Assembly (NCBI RefSeq): GCF_044704955.1
Contig: NC_091989.1
Location: 98,580,001-98,644,000 of the forward strand
DNA length: 64,000 nt
Reading direction: 5' to 3'
Source of the DNA: Pristiophorus japonicus
Lineage: Eukaryota
In this document: positions 1 to 13,029 of the stretch, in pieces
How the letters are laid out: every line of letters starts with the position of its first letter
Numbering within the stretch: the stretch's first letter is position 1
Made by a program: the position numbers and the translations under genes
The notes under the pieces: generated by a model
The model's input: the letters and a program-made list of their open reading frames with translations, nothing else
What the model was told of the DNA's origin: nothing
Database searches by the model: none

Positions 1-1640
1 TTGTGGTGAATAGGTCGTGCTTCTGGGACCAAGTGGATCCACACCTTCACCCTGGAAAAGTTTCCAATGCCTGGCTCAAAAAGGGATGGAAATTTGTTAA
101 GAACCTGGGTACATGAGGCTTCATCGACATGTGATAGCGCTCGGAGGTGATTCCAGTTCTAGCAGATTTTTCCCAGCCAGCTCGTTCTAAGCAGTGTGGG
201 GCCATCGCCTGGGACAATCCAGAGTGGCAGTTCGTGCACCATGCCCTCGTAGGTGACCTTGACCATGGCGCTGCCCAGGACAGTGCTAAGCTCTTTGGTG
301 TACGTTCTCAGTTTTGTGTGAATGGGGCTCAGGGCTGGTCTGAATGCCTTGTTGCACCACAGTCTCTCAAACATCTTTTTACTCATGATGGATTGGCTCG
401 CGCCACTGTCCAGTTCCATGGCTATGGGTAAACCATTCAATTTTATGTTTAGCATTATAGGTGGACATTTCATCGAAAATGTGTGCACCCTGTGTACTTC
501 AGCATCTGCCTCCTCTCTCTGAGACTCAAAATTGCTTTGATCTACCATGGGCCGATCTTCCTCTGCCACGTGGTGGTTAACAGGTTTTGCAGAGCTTGCA
601 GCTCGTTTGCAAGTTCGTTGGAGGTGCCCCATTTTTCCACAGCTCTTGCAAACATACCCTTTGAAGTGGTATGAATAGGCTGAATGGAAGCCTCCACAGT
701 GCCATCAAGGTGTGAATTGCCTTGCATTCATCCTTTGTTGGGGACTCTGAGTCATCTGGGTCACCTGAGGCCTGCTGGCAGTTGCAGACTTGTGGTTTCT
801 GCCCTGTACATTTCTGTTTGCAAACACAGTTCCAGTTAATTTATGAACATTGCTTGTACTTGTGTGCTGAGAGATTTGTTTGGTGTTATCCCTGGTGGAC
901 ATAAACGCCTGTGCTTTCGCAATGGCCTTACTGAGGGTCGGTGTCTCTACAGTCAAAAGTTTTCGTAGGATGGTCTCGTGGCCAATGCCCAGTACAAAAA
1001 AGTCTCTGAGCATTTGCTCCAGGTAGCCATCAAACTCACATTGTCCTGCAAGTCGCCTTAGCTCAACGACGTAGCTCGCCACTTCCTGACCTTCAGATCG
1101 CTGGCTCGTGTAGAACCAATACCTTGCCATCAGCACGCTCTCCCTCGGGTTAAGATGCTCCCGCACCAGTGTACACAGCTCCTCATACAGCTCATCTGTG
1201 GATTTCACCGGAGCCAGAAGATTCTGCATGAGGCTGTAGGTCGGTGCCCCGCAGACTATGAGGAGGACCGGTCTCCTTTTTGCAGCGCTTCCTTCTCCAT
1301 CCAGCTCGTTAGCTACAAAGTACTGGTCTAGCCGTTCGACATAGGCTTCCCAGTCCTCACCCTCCGAGAACTTCTCCAGGATGCCTACAGTTTGCTGCAT
1401 CTTTGCGTTGGATTCGTATTCTCGTTGGCAGTTATTGTGTTCCTAACACAGATGAGGCTGCACACAGGGAGGTTAAAGTAACAGTGACCTCAGTCTTTAA
1501 TAAGACACTCCAGAGTGAGGAACAGGCCTTCGGGGCCGGCTTATATACAGTGCTCCCAAGGGATGCTGGGATCCCTTGGGACTTCAGTGGATGAGGTCCC
1601 TGGTGGTGGAACTTGGGAGTGCATGCTTTACAGATACACA
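1..1640 (-). mobile_element. Gypsy (Mag-like) LTR retrotransposon, 5' part: LTR, PBS, gag, protease; runs off the window start
   Basis: LTR about 1433-1640, starting TG on the minus strand. Degenerate PBS TGCCAACGAG at 1421-1430. Gag-like ORF 705-1400 (WEAYVERLDQYFVAN), protease ORF 159-632 (MELDSGAS). Interrupts the 3' part of an RTE LINE. Confidence 0.9.
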
Positions 1641-4600
1641 ACAGCTTTGAGGGTGTCCTTGTAGCGTTTCCGCTGCCAACCTTTGGCTCGTTTGTCATGA
1701 AGGAGCTCCGAGTAGAGCAGTTCCTTTGGGAGTCTTCTGTCTGGCATGCAGACTATGTGACCTGCTCAGCGGAGCTGATCAAGTGTGGTCAGTGCTTCAA
1801 TGCTGGGGATGTTAGCCTGAATAAGGACGCTGATGTTGGTGTGCCTGTCTTCCCAGGGGATTGGTAGGATCTTGCGGAGACATCGTTGGTGATATCTCTT
1901 CAGCAACTTGAGATGTCTACTATATATGGTGCATGTCTCTGAGCCATACAGGAGGGCAGGTATTACTACAGCCCTGTAGACCATGAGCTTGGTGGCAGTT
2001 TTGAGGGCCTGGTCTTCAAACACTCTTTTCCTCAGGCGACCGAAGGCTGCACTGGTGCATTCGTCGTCGATGCCTGCTCTTGTTGATAGGAGGCTCCCGA
2101 GATATGGGAAGTAGTCCACGGTGTCCAGGGCTGTGCCGTGGATGTTGATGACTGGGGGGCAGTGCTGTGCGATGAGGACAGGCTGGTGGAGGACCTTTGT
2201 CTTATGGATGTTTAGCGTAAGGACTATGCTATCATACGCCTCAGTAAATACATCGACTCTGTCCTGTAGTGCAGCCTCTGTATGTGCGCAGACGCAGGCA
2301 TCGTCCGCGTACTGTAGCTCGATGAAAGAGGTTGGGGTGGTCTTTGATCTGGCCTTGAGAAGGCGCATGTTGAACAGCTTCCCACTGGTTCTGTAGTTTA
2401 GTTCCACTCGACTATGAGGTGGAGCATGGCGGCGAGAAAGATTGCGAAGAGGGTTGGGCCAATGACGCAGCCCTGTTTGACCCCAGTCCGGACGTGGATT
2501 GGGTCTGTGATGAATCTGTTGGTAAGGATCATGGCCTGCATGTCGTCGTGGAGCAGGTGGAGGATGGTGATGAACTTTTGGGGGTATCCAAAATGGAGGA
2601 GGACACACCATCGGCCCTCGCGGTGACAGTGTCAAAGGCCTTTATAAGTTTGAAGAAGGCCATGTATAAGGGCTGGTGCTGTTCCCTGCATTTTTCCTCT
2701 ATGCTGCAAAAACCATGTCTGTTGTAGGCCAAAGGGGACAAAATCCGCACTGTGACTCCGGGACGAGCTCCTCGGCCATGGAAAGAAGATGGTTAAGTCG
2801 GACTCAGCGACAACTTTCCCAGTGACTGATAGCAGGGAGATTCCTCTGTAGTTGCCGCAGTCAGATTTGTCCCCTTTTTTAAAGATGGTCACGATTACTG
2901 CATCTCTGAGATCTCCCTGCATGCTCTCCTCCCTCCAGATGAGAGAGATGAGGTTGTGTATTCGCGCCAGCAGTGCCTCTCCACCATACTTCAATGCCTC
3001 AGCAGGGATTCCATCCGCACCTGTAGCCTTGTTGTTTTTGAGCTGTCTTATGGCTTTTTCTACCTTGTGCAGTGTTGGGGTCTCACTGAGGTGGTGGTGG
3101 GTAGCATGCTGCAGGATGGAGTCGAGAAAACTCGAGTAAAAAGCAGAGTCTCAATTGAGGCGATCTTCGAAGTGTTCCTTCCAGTGGGCCCTGACTGCCT
3201 CGGTGTCCTTGATGAGTGTTTCCCCGTTCTTGAGGTGGGGCCTTGTGTATTGGGCGTGTAGGTGGTCTTGACTGCGATGCAGAATCCTCGCACATCATGG
3301 TTGTCGGCCAGCTGCTGTATCTCCTGTCCTTTCTTCAACCGCCACCTGTGCTTTAGGTCCCGGGTTTTTTGTTGGACCTCAGTCTTGAGCCATCTCTAAT
3401 GCTGTTTTGCTGCTCCCGCATTGGGTTATTGTTTATGGCTCAGAAATGCCCTGCGCTTGTGATCTATTAGCTCATGGATCTCCTGATCATTATCATCAAA
3501 CTAGTCCTGGTGTTTCCTGATTGAGTGACCAAGTGTCTCTTAGCAGGCACTGATTATGGAGGGCAGACCAAGCGCTGTGGGCATTCTGCGTCTTGGGGTT
3601 GTCAAGGCACTCCAGGTTAGATGTGAGGCGCTGGCGATATAGAGCTCTCTTAGCTGGGTCCTTATGTGCCCCGGCATTGACTTTTTTGGGACACTGCTTC
3701 TGCTGCCCCCTCCGCTTTGGGGCTATGTTGATGTCGATGATGGATCAGATTAGGCGGTGGTCCGTCCAGCAGGCGTCGGATTCCGTCATGGCGCGGGTGA
3801 TGCACACATCCTTGCGATCCCTGGCTCGGACGATGACATAGTCGAGCAAGTGCCAGTGCTTGGAGCGAGGGTGTTGCCACAATGCCTTCTATTTGTCCCT
3901 CTGGCGGAACAAGGTCTTGGCGATGACAAGTTCGTGCTCTAGACATTTTGTCAGGAGTAGGGTACCACTGGAGTTGGCTTTCCCTACCCCCTCTCTGCCA
4001 ATCACACCCCCCCAGAGGTCTGTGTCCTTGCCAACTCTGGCGTTGAAGTCACAGAGGAGGATCAGTTTGTTGCCCGCGGGGACGCAGGACAGGGATTTTT
4101 CGGGGTTGGAGTAAAAACCCTCTTTGGCCTCATCTGTTGCATCGAGTGTCGGGGTGTATGCACTGATGACTGTGGCGCACTGGTTTTGGGATAGGGGTGA
4201 GTCGAAGAGTCATGAGGTATTCGTTAGTCCTGCAGGGGGAGTCTTTGAGGCAGTCACCAGCTCGTTTTTGATGGCGAAGCTGACTCCGTGGAGGTGGCAT
4301 TCTTCTTCTGGTTTCCCTTTCCAGAAGAAGGTGTAACCTCCACCTTGTTCCTTGAGCTGGGCTTCCCCTGCCCACCGGGTCTCGCTTAGGCTGGCGATGT
4401 CAATATCAAAGCGTCTAAGTTTCTGGGCAACTATGGCGGTGCGGCGTTCCGGCCTGTCACTGTTGGGGTTGTCCATGAGAGTCCTGACATTGCAGGTCCC
4501 AAACTTCATGTTAACGGTGTGGAAGATGCATGTGCGTGAGTTCTTTTAACATGGGGTGGTCGTTGCACACTGGTTACCACATGGGCTTAGATGAGCGAGG

Positions 4601-4680
4601 TCTTGATCCAGTGGCAAGGGGGTCCAAGATGACTGGAGAACAGGCACTGCTATATGGGCCTGGTTGCCTGCGACGAGATG
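1641..4680 (-). mobile_element. RTE-clade LINE, near full length, frameshifted (APE endonuclease + RT)
   Basis: ORF pieces MKFGTCNVRTL...SLSETRW (APE), KKGDKSDCGNYRGISLL and ELQYADD (RT). The 3' end is cut by the Gypsy LTR at 1640. Confidence 0.92.
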
Positions 4681-5059
4681 TTCGCCACTGGGTTGCACCC
4701 TTGGTGGTAGGTGATCCGAGGCCTAGTTGGGGAGGGTTAGTGGCCTACCGGGGTTCAGGGTGGGAGGCCAGGGGGGTCACAGCCATGGAACTCATCACGT
4801 GTTGGAGGAGGAAAAGAGGCCAAGTTGCCGGTGGGGAAGGAGAGCTCCAGTCGATGCTGAAGAAGGAGGGGAGGCCAGTCACCGATGTGGGAGAGGGGGA
4901 CCCGGTTGTCGTTGAGGAGAAGGTCATCTGTCGCCACGGGAGGTCCAGCCGTCATCGAGGAGGCCCAGATTCTGTTGTGGAGGAGAGGCCCATCCGCTGG
5001 AGGTATTCCGGTCGCTGGAGTGGGGGGGTGGAAGCCCGATAGCCAGGTGCAGGTCGAGG

Positions 5060-5450
5060 GTGCCACCTCCGGAGGTCGCCGGGGGACATCGGAGGTCGTC
5101 AATGGGTGAGGTGGTGAGAAGCCTGTGGTAGGCCCGGTCAGCCCGAACTCGTGGAACTCGTTGGAGGTCGTCGGGGGACGTCGGAGGTCGCCGGGAGATG
5201 CCGGAGGTCATCGGAGATCACCGGGGGACGCAGGAGGTTGTTGGAGGTCGCGGGGGCTGCTGGTGGTCATTGGAGGTCATCAGGGAACGTCGAGGGGTGA
5301 TGTGGTGCGAAGCCTGCGGTAGGCCCGAATGGCCCGAACTCATGGGACTCGCCGGAGGTCGTCGGGTGTTGCCGGAGTTTGTTGGAGTTTGTTGATCGGC
5401 GATTTGGTAGGAAGCCTGAGGTAGGTCCGAGTGGCTTGAACTCGTGGGAC
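5060..5450. repeat. Degenerate ~20-bp GC-rich tandem repeat (GGAGGTCGCCGGGGGACATC-like), probably in the RTE 5' region
   Basis: Repeated ggaggtcg(c/t)cgggg units, plus a longer unit containing gaagcctg.ggtaggcccg that recurs three times. Confidence 0.6.
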
Positions 5451-6586
5451 TCGCAGGGTTGGGACTAGGGTAAGGGGTAAAGGTTTGGGTTTACGTGCTT
5501 AGACCCCCTATCAGGGTCTATTTGGTTTGGGAGTTTTAGACAGCGGGAGGGGGGGAGGTTGTGGGGGGGAAAGTTGCCGAGATCTGTTGGGAGTTGTTTG
5601 GAGCAGGGGAGCTTCCTAGGGTCCTACTACCTCGGCGGCCATCTTGACATACACCACATAATTGAATGGTGCTGGTGGCGAGGTGGGTAGGACACAGGTG
5701 AGTGAAGGAGAGAAGCGGGGTGGTGCTGACCGGCTGTGTGGTGCCGGGTATCAGCAGCGGGCCCTGAGGCTGCCGGCACAGGGTCACTCATACGATCCAT
5801 AGACTGTGCATGTGCTATACTGGCCATTGCTTATGTCAGGCAAATCACATTCACACGAACACGCCCGCTGTAAGCGGTGCAGACTGCACCCAATGTTTAA
5901 ATAGGGAGCCCGATCCCATCCGGGTAATTATAGACAAGCTAACATGGCTGACAAACCTCCTAGAATTCTTTGAGAAGGTAGCAGGCATGGTCGATGAGGG
6001 AAATGTGGAGGATTTAGTGTACATGGACTTTAGGAAAGCATTTGACAATGCTGAGTTAAGAAAGGTTTTTCAGAGTGGTTAAAATTTGCTCGTGACTTTC
6101 TACAGAGTTCAGTTCTGGAGTTACTTCACTTCATTGTGCATATCAATAATTTGGACATAGGCCTAGAGAGAGTTGTATCCAAATTTGAAGATGAAAGCAA
6201 ATTAGGAGGAATAGATAATTCTTCAGATAACTAAAGAAAGCTGCAAAGAGATTTATACAAGATGGGAGAATGGGCTAAAAAGTGGCAACTGAAATTCAGA
6301 GGGATTTGGGGGCAGAAATTCATCAGACATTAAAAGCAACACCTCAGGTTGATCAGGCTATAAAAGAAGCTAATGAAATTCAAAGTTTGTTCAAAGGTTG
6401 AATATAAAAGTCAAGAGATAATGATGAGCCAATATAAAACTTTAATGAGACCTCAGAGTCTTGTATGCAGTATTGGGATCCACACTATAGTAAGGATAGT
6501 GAGGCTTTATGGAAGGTCCAATGCAGTTTCATTGGGATGTCGCCTGGCATGAGTAATTACAAATATGAGAAAAGGCTTGAAAATAG

Positions 6587-7383
6587 GGGGGCTGAAATTG
6601 TCCCTTTCCTAAAGCCTGTTATCTCCGAAAATCGTCAGCCACGCTGCGGAGTGGAGTGGCCACCAATTTTTCGTGGAATGGCCGCTGCTAGCCCAATTAC
6701 CCTCCCGAGTTTTCCCAGCGGAACCCCAAGTCCCCCCTTAGCGCTCTGCTGCTGCCGATCCACGGTAAGCACGTCATCACCGTGCGCACCGCCGGTCAAA
6801 ACCCCCGACGGTGACATTCCCCTCAGAAAATCTTCGGCCTGCCCGGCGCTGCCAAAACCTGTTTTTCCGGGTGGTCCAGTGAGGCTGTGGCCTTCTGCAG
6901 TGGCGGTGCAGCTTCCCTTAAAGGGCAGGGCCTACTGCCGCTGCCGCCATGTATTTTTTTGTCGCCCGACTGCTATGTCGGCATGACATTTATGCCCCAG
7001 GTTCGGCCGGGCCACCGACAGGCAGCCTGACACCCCCTCTTGCCCGGCCAGAACCCTCCCTGGTGGCCCAGTGGACCAAAGTTTTAAAGGGGCGGAGGCT
7101 CTTCCCTTTAAGTGAAGGGAGAGCGGTGGTGATGTGGCGAGATGATGATGTCACCGCGGCGGTCACTCTGTACCACCCCCAACTTCCGCCTCTCAGTTGC
7201 TGTCACCACCGTGTTTCTGCGTCTCAGGTGTTGTCACCGCCCCCATTAAGACCAACTTCCGGATCAAAACAAAAAAAACAAAGAGCCGAATGTTGCTCAA
7301 GGGTGACCTGAACCGCAGGTGCGGTACGAACCATTGAAACAGGGTGTGGGTGCTCCGTTTCCGGCGGGGGCCAATTTCTCCCC
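6587..7383. mobile_element. Non-autonomous DNA transposon (Harbinger-type MITE)
   Basis: Imperfect TIRs GGGGCTGAAATTG / CAATTTCTCCCC. CpG-rich interior; interrupts a CR1. Confidence 0.65.
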
Positions 7384-7440
7384 ATGGGTCTTTATTTTCA
7401 TTAGACTAAGAGATGATAGGATTGAAATGTTTAAAATACT

Positions 7441-8195
7441 GTGCTCAATTTTTCCCAGTGATTGGCACCGTTTTCTTGGGGCAAGCTGCTCTTTTTGGCC
7501 TAAGTTGAAAAACCAGTTTCCCCAATCAATGTAACTCAGTTCGTTGCGATTTTTTTAAGTCAGTTTATTTTTTAGCCAAAGAGGGCGTAACCAGCCACCT
7601 ACACCACTTCTGGCCATTTTGGGAAGTTTGGCCAGCTGAGAGTTACTCCAGTTCTGATTAGGCCAGCGTATGTGGCCTCTCCAGAAAAATCTTCCCAGAG
7701 TTAAGGAAATCGGTGCGGGTAAGGAAACCGGCGCAGCAGATGCCCAGACAGTGAAAGAATTGAAAAACACATAGCAGCAACTTATCGCCAAACCCGCCCG
7801 AAGGCTGTCCGGTCCCATTCTTGTCCGGTCCTATTCTCGGTCCCCGGTTCACACAGAGAGAGAGAGAGGGACCAGACTGGCAAGCTCTTCGGGTGGGGTT
7901 GGAGGTAAGTTGCTGTTGTGTGTTTTTCAATTCTTTTAATGTGTTGGGAACTGGCTGTATGCTTCACTTTGCAGCCTCACCTCGCATTGTGTCCCTGGTT
8001 ACCATGGCAGCCCAATCTTTTTGGTGCAGATTAAGGCTCCATCCCCAAAACTAAAGGTTGGGTTAGGTCATGCCAAAATGAAGAAATCCAACGAGGAAAC
8101 TTAGAAAAATTTTTTTTTGCCGTACTTGGGTCCTAAAAAAATCAGGTGCAACTCTTCAAGTATGGCAAAAAAATACTTTGGGGAAAATTGAGCCC
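7441..8195. mobile_element. Non-autonomous DNA transposon (Harbinger-type MITE)
   Basis: TIRs GTGCTCAATTTTTCCCA / TGGGGAAAATTGAGCCC. CR1 sequence continues on both sides. Confidence 0.7.
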
Positions 8196-9744
8196 TATGA
8201 AAGGGTGGGGCAGAGTAGATAGAAGCAGACTGTTTCCAGTGGTTGAGGGGTCAAAATGAGGGACCATGGATACAAAACTAAATGCAAGAGATTTAGAACA
8301 GAGAGTGTAGAAAAATCTGTGTAGTGAGGCTGTGGAATTCGTTTCCAGGGTTAGTGGTTGAAGCAGAAACTACATCAACAGGAATCGGTAGATGAAGGAA
8401 AAGGGGTTGAAGGGATGTTGGAACAGAGTCGGTAAATGTGATTAGAACTATTTGCTCGTGTGGACGGTAAATGCCAACATGGACAGGTTGGGCCGAATGG
8501 CCTGTTTCCATGTTGTAACTTCGATGTATTTATATGTATAAAGTATAAATTAAACGGCATTCATACTCCTGACTGGGCCTTCACCGCTGGGATGGAGGGA
8601 GTGTGGAACTAGGTCTGAGAACCACGAAAAGAGGTCGACCTGGATTTTCCCAACCTATGGCAGTGATAGAATCCTGCCTGTCCACATGATCCCACTACAA
8701 CATATTCGCATTCTCCTTGGGGCAACCTGATTCAATATGCAGGCTGGGATTTCAGAAACAATGCTGCTCCTGGATGGGTCTTTGCCGCTGGAAGCGAGGG
8801 AACGTGGAACGAGCGACAGCAGTTAAAAGGCTGCTGCAGGGGAGCAAGAGAGACAGAGCTAAAGCTGCACTTGATCATTGAAGTATGATAGCAGAACGAG
8901 GAGAACTCTCTGGGATGAGGATCCATACTGACCAAGTCCACAAGATACTCAGAAGCTGCAGTGGAGATAATGCTGCCAGAACTATGGCCAGGGAGTTGTG
9001 CTCCGTGTGCTGGCCGTCTGGAGGGAGATGCCACTGACTGCCAGTGCCAAACCTATGACCCCAAACCAGCTATTCAATGCCAGATACATTTTGCTGACCT
9101 CACCAAGCTGGCAGTGTTAAGTGAAGCAGCAAATGTCCATGCAGATGTGGAGATACTGCTGGAAATATGACTTACCACCAACCATCCATGACCACATAGT
9201 GTAACAGAAGAAATAAATGGGACCATTAGTAGGCACAAGAGACCCCACCATCCCCCTTCGTTGGTTCACCTACTCTCCTACTAGTCAACTGTCCCAGATC
9301 ACATTTCCTGAAATACTTGAGTGAGAAGTGAAGAGATTGCTGCATTGCCTGCACCTGAGAGCATGTTCACAAGGGAATGTCTGCAGACATCTGGGTATCT
9401 AGACATTGTAAATTAGTCCCGTGTTATCCAATAGACATTGATGACGAGCCACAGGTGAGGTTATGGCGACACCGATTTAGCCCCATGCACTAATTTTAGT
9501 AGAAACCGCCTTACACACACTCACACCATACAGGTCAATGTATTTCCCGTGTATATTTTCTGAACAAACATATCACCATTCAGTAACCCAGGAAGTAAAG
9601 CACTCCCAACGATCAACAATACTCACACTCCGCTTTCCATCTCACCGTTTTACCAACAAACGATCAAAAATGTTAAAGTACACGTGCACACGTTTCCTTG
9701 TCGTGAGCAGGGGATTGATCTCCAATTCCATCTTCCTCTTATAT

Positions 9745-10310
9745 AACAACATAAGAAATAGGAGCAGGAGTAGGCCATTTAGCCCCTCGAGCCTGCTCCA
9801 CCATTCAATAAAATCATGGCAGATCTGATCTTGGCCTCAACTCCACTTGCCTGCCCACTCCCCATAATCCTTAACTCACCTATCGTTCAAAAATCTGTCT
9901 ATCTCCACCTTAAATATATTCAATGACCCAGCCTCAACAGCTTTCTGGGGTGGAGAATTCCAAAGATTCACGACTGTCTGAGAGAAGAAATTATTTCTCA
10001 TCTCTGTTTTAAATGTGTGACCCCTTATTGTGAAATTATGTCCCCTAGTTTTAGATTCCCTCACTAGGGAAAACATCCTCTCAGCATCTACACTGTCAAG
10101 CCCCCTCAGAATCTTTTACATTTCAATAAGATCAACTCTCATTCTTCTAATCTCCAGTGAATATAGGCCCAACCTGCTCAACCTTTCTTCATTAGTCAAC
10201 CCGTTCATCTCAGGAATCAACCTAGTGAACATTCTCTGAACTGCGTCCAATGCAAGTATATCCCTCCTGAAATAAGGAGACCAAAACTGCATGCGGTACT
10301 CCAGTGCTCT
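9745..10310 (-). mobile_element. CR1 LINE 3' fragment
   Basis: C-terminal RNNFFSQTVVNLWNS and QFWSPY motifs, and a CR1 3' tail. Confidence 0.88.
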
Positions 10311-10594
10311 TCTACATTCAATGCTTGGAAAGTCCAATCCCTTTGTAATGCCCAAAATATGGGAGATGCAGCAAGTCACTACATTTCAGGAAACCCTTGC
10401 TGGGCTATATTGCAGGAGGGCCCAGTAGAGAGAGCGACCTGCCCAGGCATCAGAAACTGCACATGAGAATATTGATGGTGTTCCACAATAATCCTAGTCG
10501 CCCAAGGCCTCAGTGAACCTGGTTTTAGCCACTGTCTTAGATTCCCAAAAAGGCTGAAGTGGCTTCCCTGGTTGAGCTGTACAGCTATCCTGGA

Positions 10595-10865
10595 TTCTCA
10601 TTCTCTCTCCCTCTCTCTCTCTCTCCCTCTCCCTCTCCCCCTCTCTCTCTCTCTCTCTCTCTGGGCCCTCNNNNNNNNNNNNNNNNNNNNNNNNNNNNNN
10701 NNNNNNNNNNNNNNNNNNNNNNNNNNNNNNNNNNNNNNNNNNNNNNNNNNNNNNNNNNNNNNNNNNNNNNNNNNNNNNNNNNNNNNNNNNNNNNNNNNNN
10801 NNNNNNNNNNNNNNNCCCCCTCTTGCTGGGTCCTCCTGTAAATCTGTTTCTCTCTCTCACTCTCT
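10595..10865. other. (CT)n microsatellite spanning an assembly gap (N run 10671-10815)
   Basis: 145 N's flanked by CT repeats. Confidence 0.97.
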
Positions 10866-10896
10866 GCTGTTACCTTCACAGTCACAGTCCTGGTGG

Positions 10897-11625
10897 AATG
10901 TGTCTTTTTTTTTTATTCGTTCTGGGATGTGGGCATCGCTGGCAAGGCGGTGGAGGGAGTGATTGTTGAAGGTGGTGGATGGTGTGCCAATCAAGCGGGA
11001 TGCTTTGTCCTGGATGTTGTCGAGCTTCTTGTGTGTTGTTGGAGCTACACTCATCCAGGCAAGTGGAGAGTATTCCATCATACTCCTGACTTGTGCCTTG
11101 TAGATAGTGGAAAGGCTTTAGGGTGTCAGGAGGTAAGACACTCGCCACAGAATACCCAGCCTCTGACCTGCTCTTGTTGTCACAATATTTATGTGGCTGG
11201 TGCAGTTAAGATTATGATCAATGGTGACCCCCAGGATGCTGATGGTGGGGGATTCGGTGATGGTCAGACCATTGAATATCAAGGAGAGGTGGTTAGACTC
11301 TCGCTTGTTGAAGATGTTCTTTGCCTGGCACTTATGTTACTTACCACTTATCAGCCCAAGGTTGAGTGTTATCCAGGTCTTGCTGCATGCGGGCATGGAC
11401 TGCTTCATTTTCTGAGGAGTTGCGAATGGATCTGAACACTGTGCAATCATCAGCAAACATCCCCACTTCAGAACTTATGATGGTGAGATGGTCATTGATG
11501 AAGCAGCTGAAGATGATTGGTCCAAGGACGCTGCTCTTAGGAACGTCTGAAGCAATATGCTGGGGCTGGGATAATTGACCTCCAACAACCACAACCATCT
11601 TCCTTTGTGCTGGGTATGACGCCAG
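10897..11625 (-). mobile_element. CR1-group LINE 3' fragment (second family), inserted in a Harbinger transposase remnant
   Basis: VPKSSVLGPIIFSCFIND...GMFADD and MEYSPLAW motifs. The 3' end reads GCCCACATCCCAGAACGAATAAAAAAAA. Confidence 0.8.
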
Positions 11626-11930
11626 CCAGTCAGATTCCAATAGCTGGCACTTCTCTGTGATGGTATCAGAGGGAAATCGCAGTCTTCTCAGACACTGCCT
11701 ATCGGAAAAACCCAGACATGTCCTCCATCGTCTGTAGACCCTGTGATTTGGATACCCACAGGTCGAGTGTTGCCTTTGTACATGCTGCTGTTCTCTCTTG
11801 GTTTCCATCCTTTCCTCCCCCATGTCCTCATCAACCTTCTCCTCAAAGTTCAGACACAATGGAATCTCCAGAGAGTAATCCATTATTTTGCTGTGCTGAG
11901 CTCCTTTTAAATTCTCCGCAAGTTTCACAA
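11626..11930 (-). pseudogene. Harbinger transposase (HARBI1-like) N-terminal remnant
   Basis: HRVYRRWRTCLGFSDRQCLRRLRFPSDTITEKCQLLESD. Resumes at about 10862-10896 (VTVKVTA) across the LINE. Confidence 0.75.
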
Positions 11931-12074
11931 GTGCCTTTCGATGCTCAGAAACTGCATCTTAAAACTAGTGGAAGTGACTCTAGTCAAAACAATGTTGTAG
12001 AATTTCACTCGTGTGTGATGGGTCACCTTCCCAATCTGTTCCTGCCGGTGGGTCACCTGACATGCTCAGCACCA

Positions 12075-12558
12075 CCATCTTTTCAACAGCAGTGATTGGA
12101 TAGGGCACCAAGACCCTTTCACACATCACCCCTCTGCTCGCTGACCGACAATGGCTCCCGGCTCAGCAACACTTCAATTTTAAAATTCTCACCCTCATGT
12201 CCACATCCTTCCATGGCCTTGCCAATTCCTCCAGTCCTACAGCCCTCTGTGAACTCCAACTCAGGTCTCTTGTGCCTCCCCGACTCCCGTTGCTCCACCA
12301 TTGGCAGCTGTGCCTTAAGCCGTCTAGGCCTCAGGCTCTGGAATGCCCTCCAGAAACCGCTCGGCCTCTCCACCTCTCTCTCCTCCTTTAAGCTGCTCCT
12401 TAAAACGTGCATCAAGACAAAGCTTTTGGTGACCTGTCCTCATGACTCATTCTTTGGCTCGGTGTCAGATTTTGTCTGATTCCGCTCCGTGAAGTGCCTT
12501 GGGACGTTTTACTACATTAACAGCGCTATATAAAGGCAAGTTGTTCTTATTGTTGTTG
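12075..12558 (+). mobile_element. L2 LINE 3' fragment
   Basis: RLWNAL...SFKLLLKT motif and an L2 tail (GTGAAGTGCCTTGGGACG...GCTATATAAA) followed by (TTG)n. Confidence 0.82.
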
Positions 12559-12779
12559 TGATGAGTGGACGGAAATGCTGGGAAATCTCAGAGGACCCTT
12601 GGTCATGTCCCTGCTTCATTTTGATGCAGTGGGACGGGCTTCTGGGGTGGATCGGGGCACAGCAGGGTCTCGGGAGGAAATTCAAGTTGGCCATTTTATT
12701 AAAGCAAGAGTTTCAGCAGAGGGCCTCTCCCACTCATTGCACTCACCAGACCATCTCAAGCCCCTCTGAAAATAAACAT

Positions 12780-12785
12780 TTTATT
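12780..12785 (-). terminator. Candidate polyadenylation signal AATAAA of the GAIN-domain gene
   Basis: AATAAA on the minus strand about 125 nt after the TAA of the candidate last exon, with GT-rich sequence downstream. Confidence 0.45.
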
Positions 12786-12908
12786 GAAGCGTAATACAGC
12801 CCGCGTTTCCGCGAGTCCACCTAGAGGTCAAGCCGCCCCCGATGGCAATGGTGTAAACATTTCAGATATTGGGGTGGGAGGGTCATAAAATATTTTGCAG
12901 AGGGGGCT

Positions 12909-12935
12909 TTAAAACCTGAGCAGAGCCCCACTGGA
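12909..12935 (-). CDS. Candidate terminal coding exon of the GAIN-domain gene (SSGALLRF*)
   Basis: Acceptor ttctcgctgcag closes a 94-nt GT-AG intron (12936-13029) in phase 0. TAA follows after 8 codons, then AATAAA. Confidence 0.45.
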   Translation of the reverse strand, partial: SSGALLRF

Positions 12936-13029
12936 CTGCAGCGAGAATGTGAAACCAGTCTGGTCTCCCAGGATAATGTAAAGTTATATTGAAGTTTAGT
13001 TATACTGTAATGATGAACATTATTCATAC

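Larger units (their letters stand above)
5940..8530 (+). mobile_element. Old CR1 LINE fragment (RT to 3' end), interrupted by two MITEs
   Basis: LTNLLEFFEKV...VYMDFRKAFD at 5940-6050. CR1 sequence resumes at 7384-7440 and at 8196-8530, ending in GGGCCGAATGGCCT. Confidence 0.8.

Noticed and set aside
5700-5790. Possible HDV-like ribozyme at the RTE 5' end (GTGCCGG/CCGGCAC stem)
   Set aside because: No P1.1 GG after the stem and no recognisable P3/L3 or J4/2 could be assigned.
8560-9500. Apparently unique sequence checked for 7TM exons of the GAIN gene
   Set aside because: No hydrophobic minus-strand exon was found. The plus strand has TRYSEAAVEIML, resembling a decayed Harbinger Myb motif, so it is probably TE-derived.
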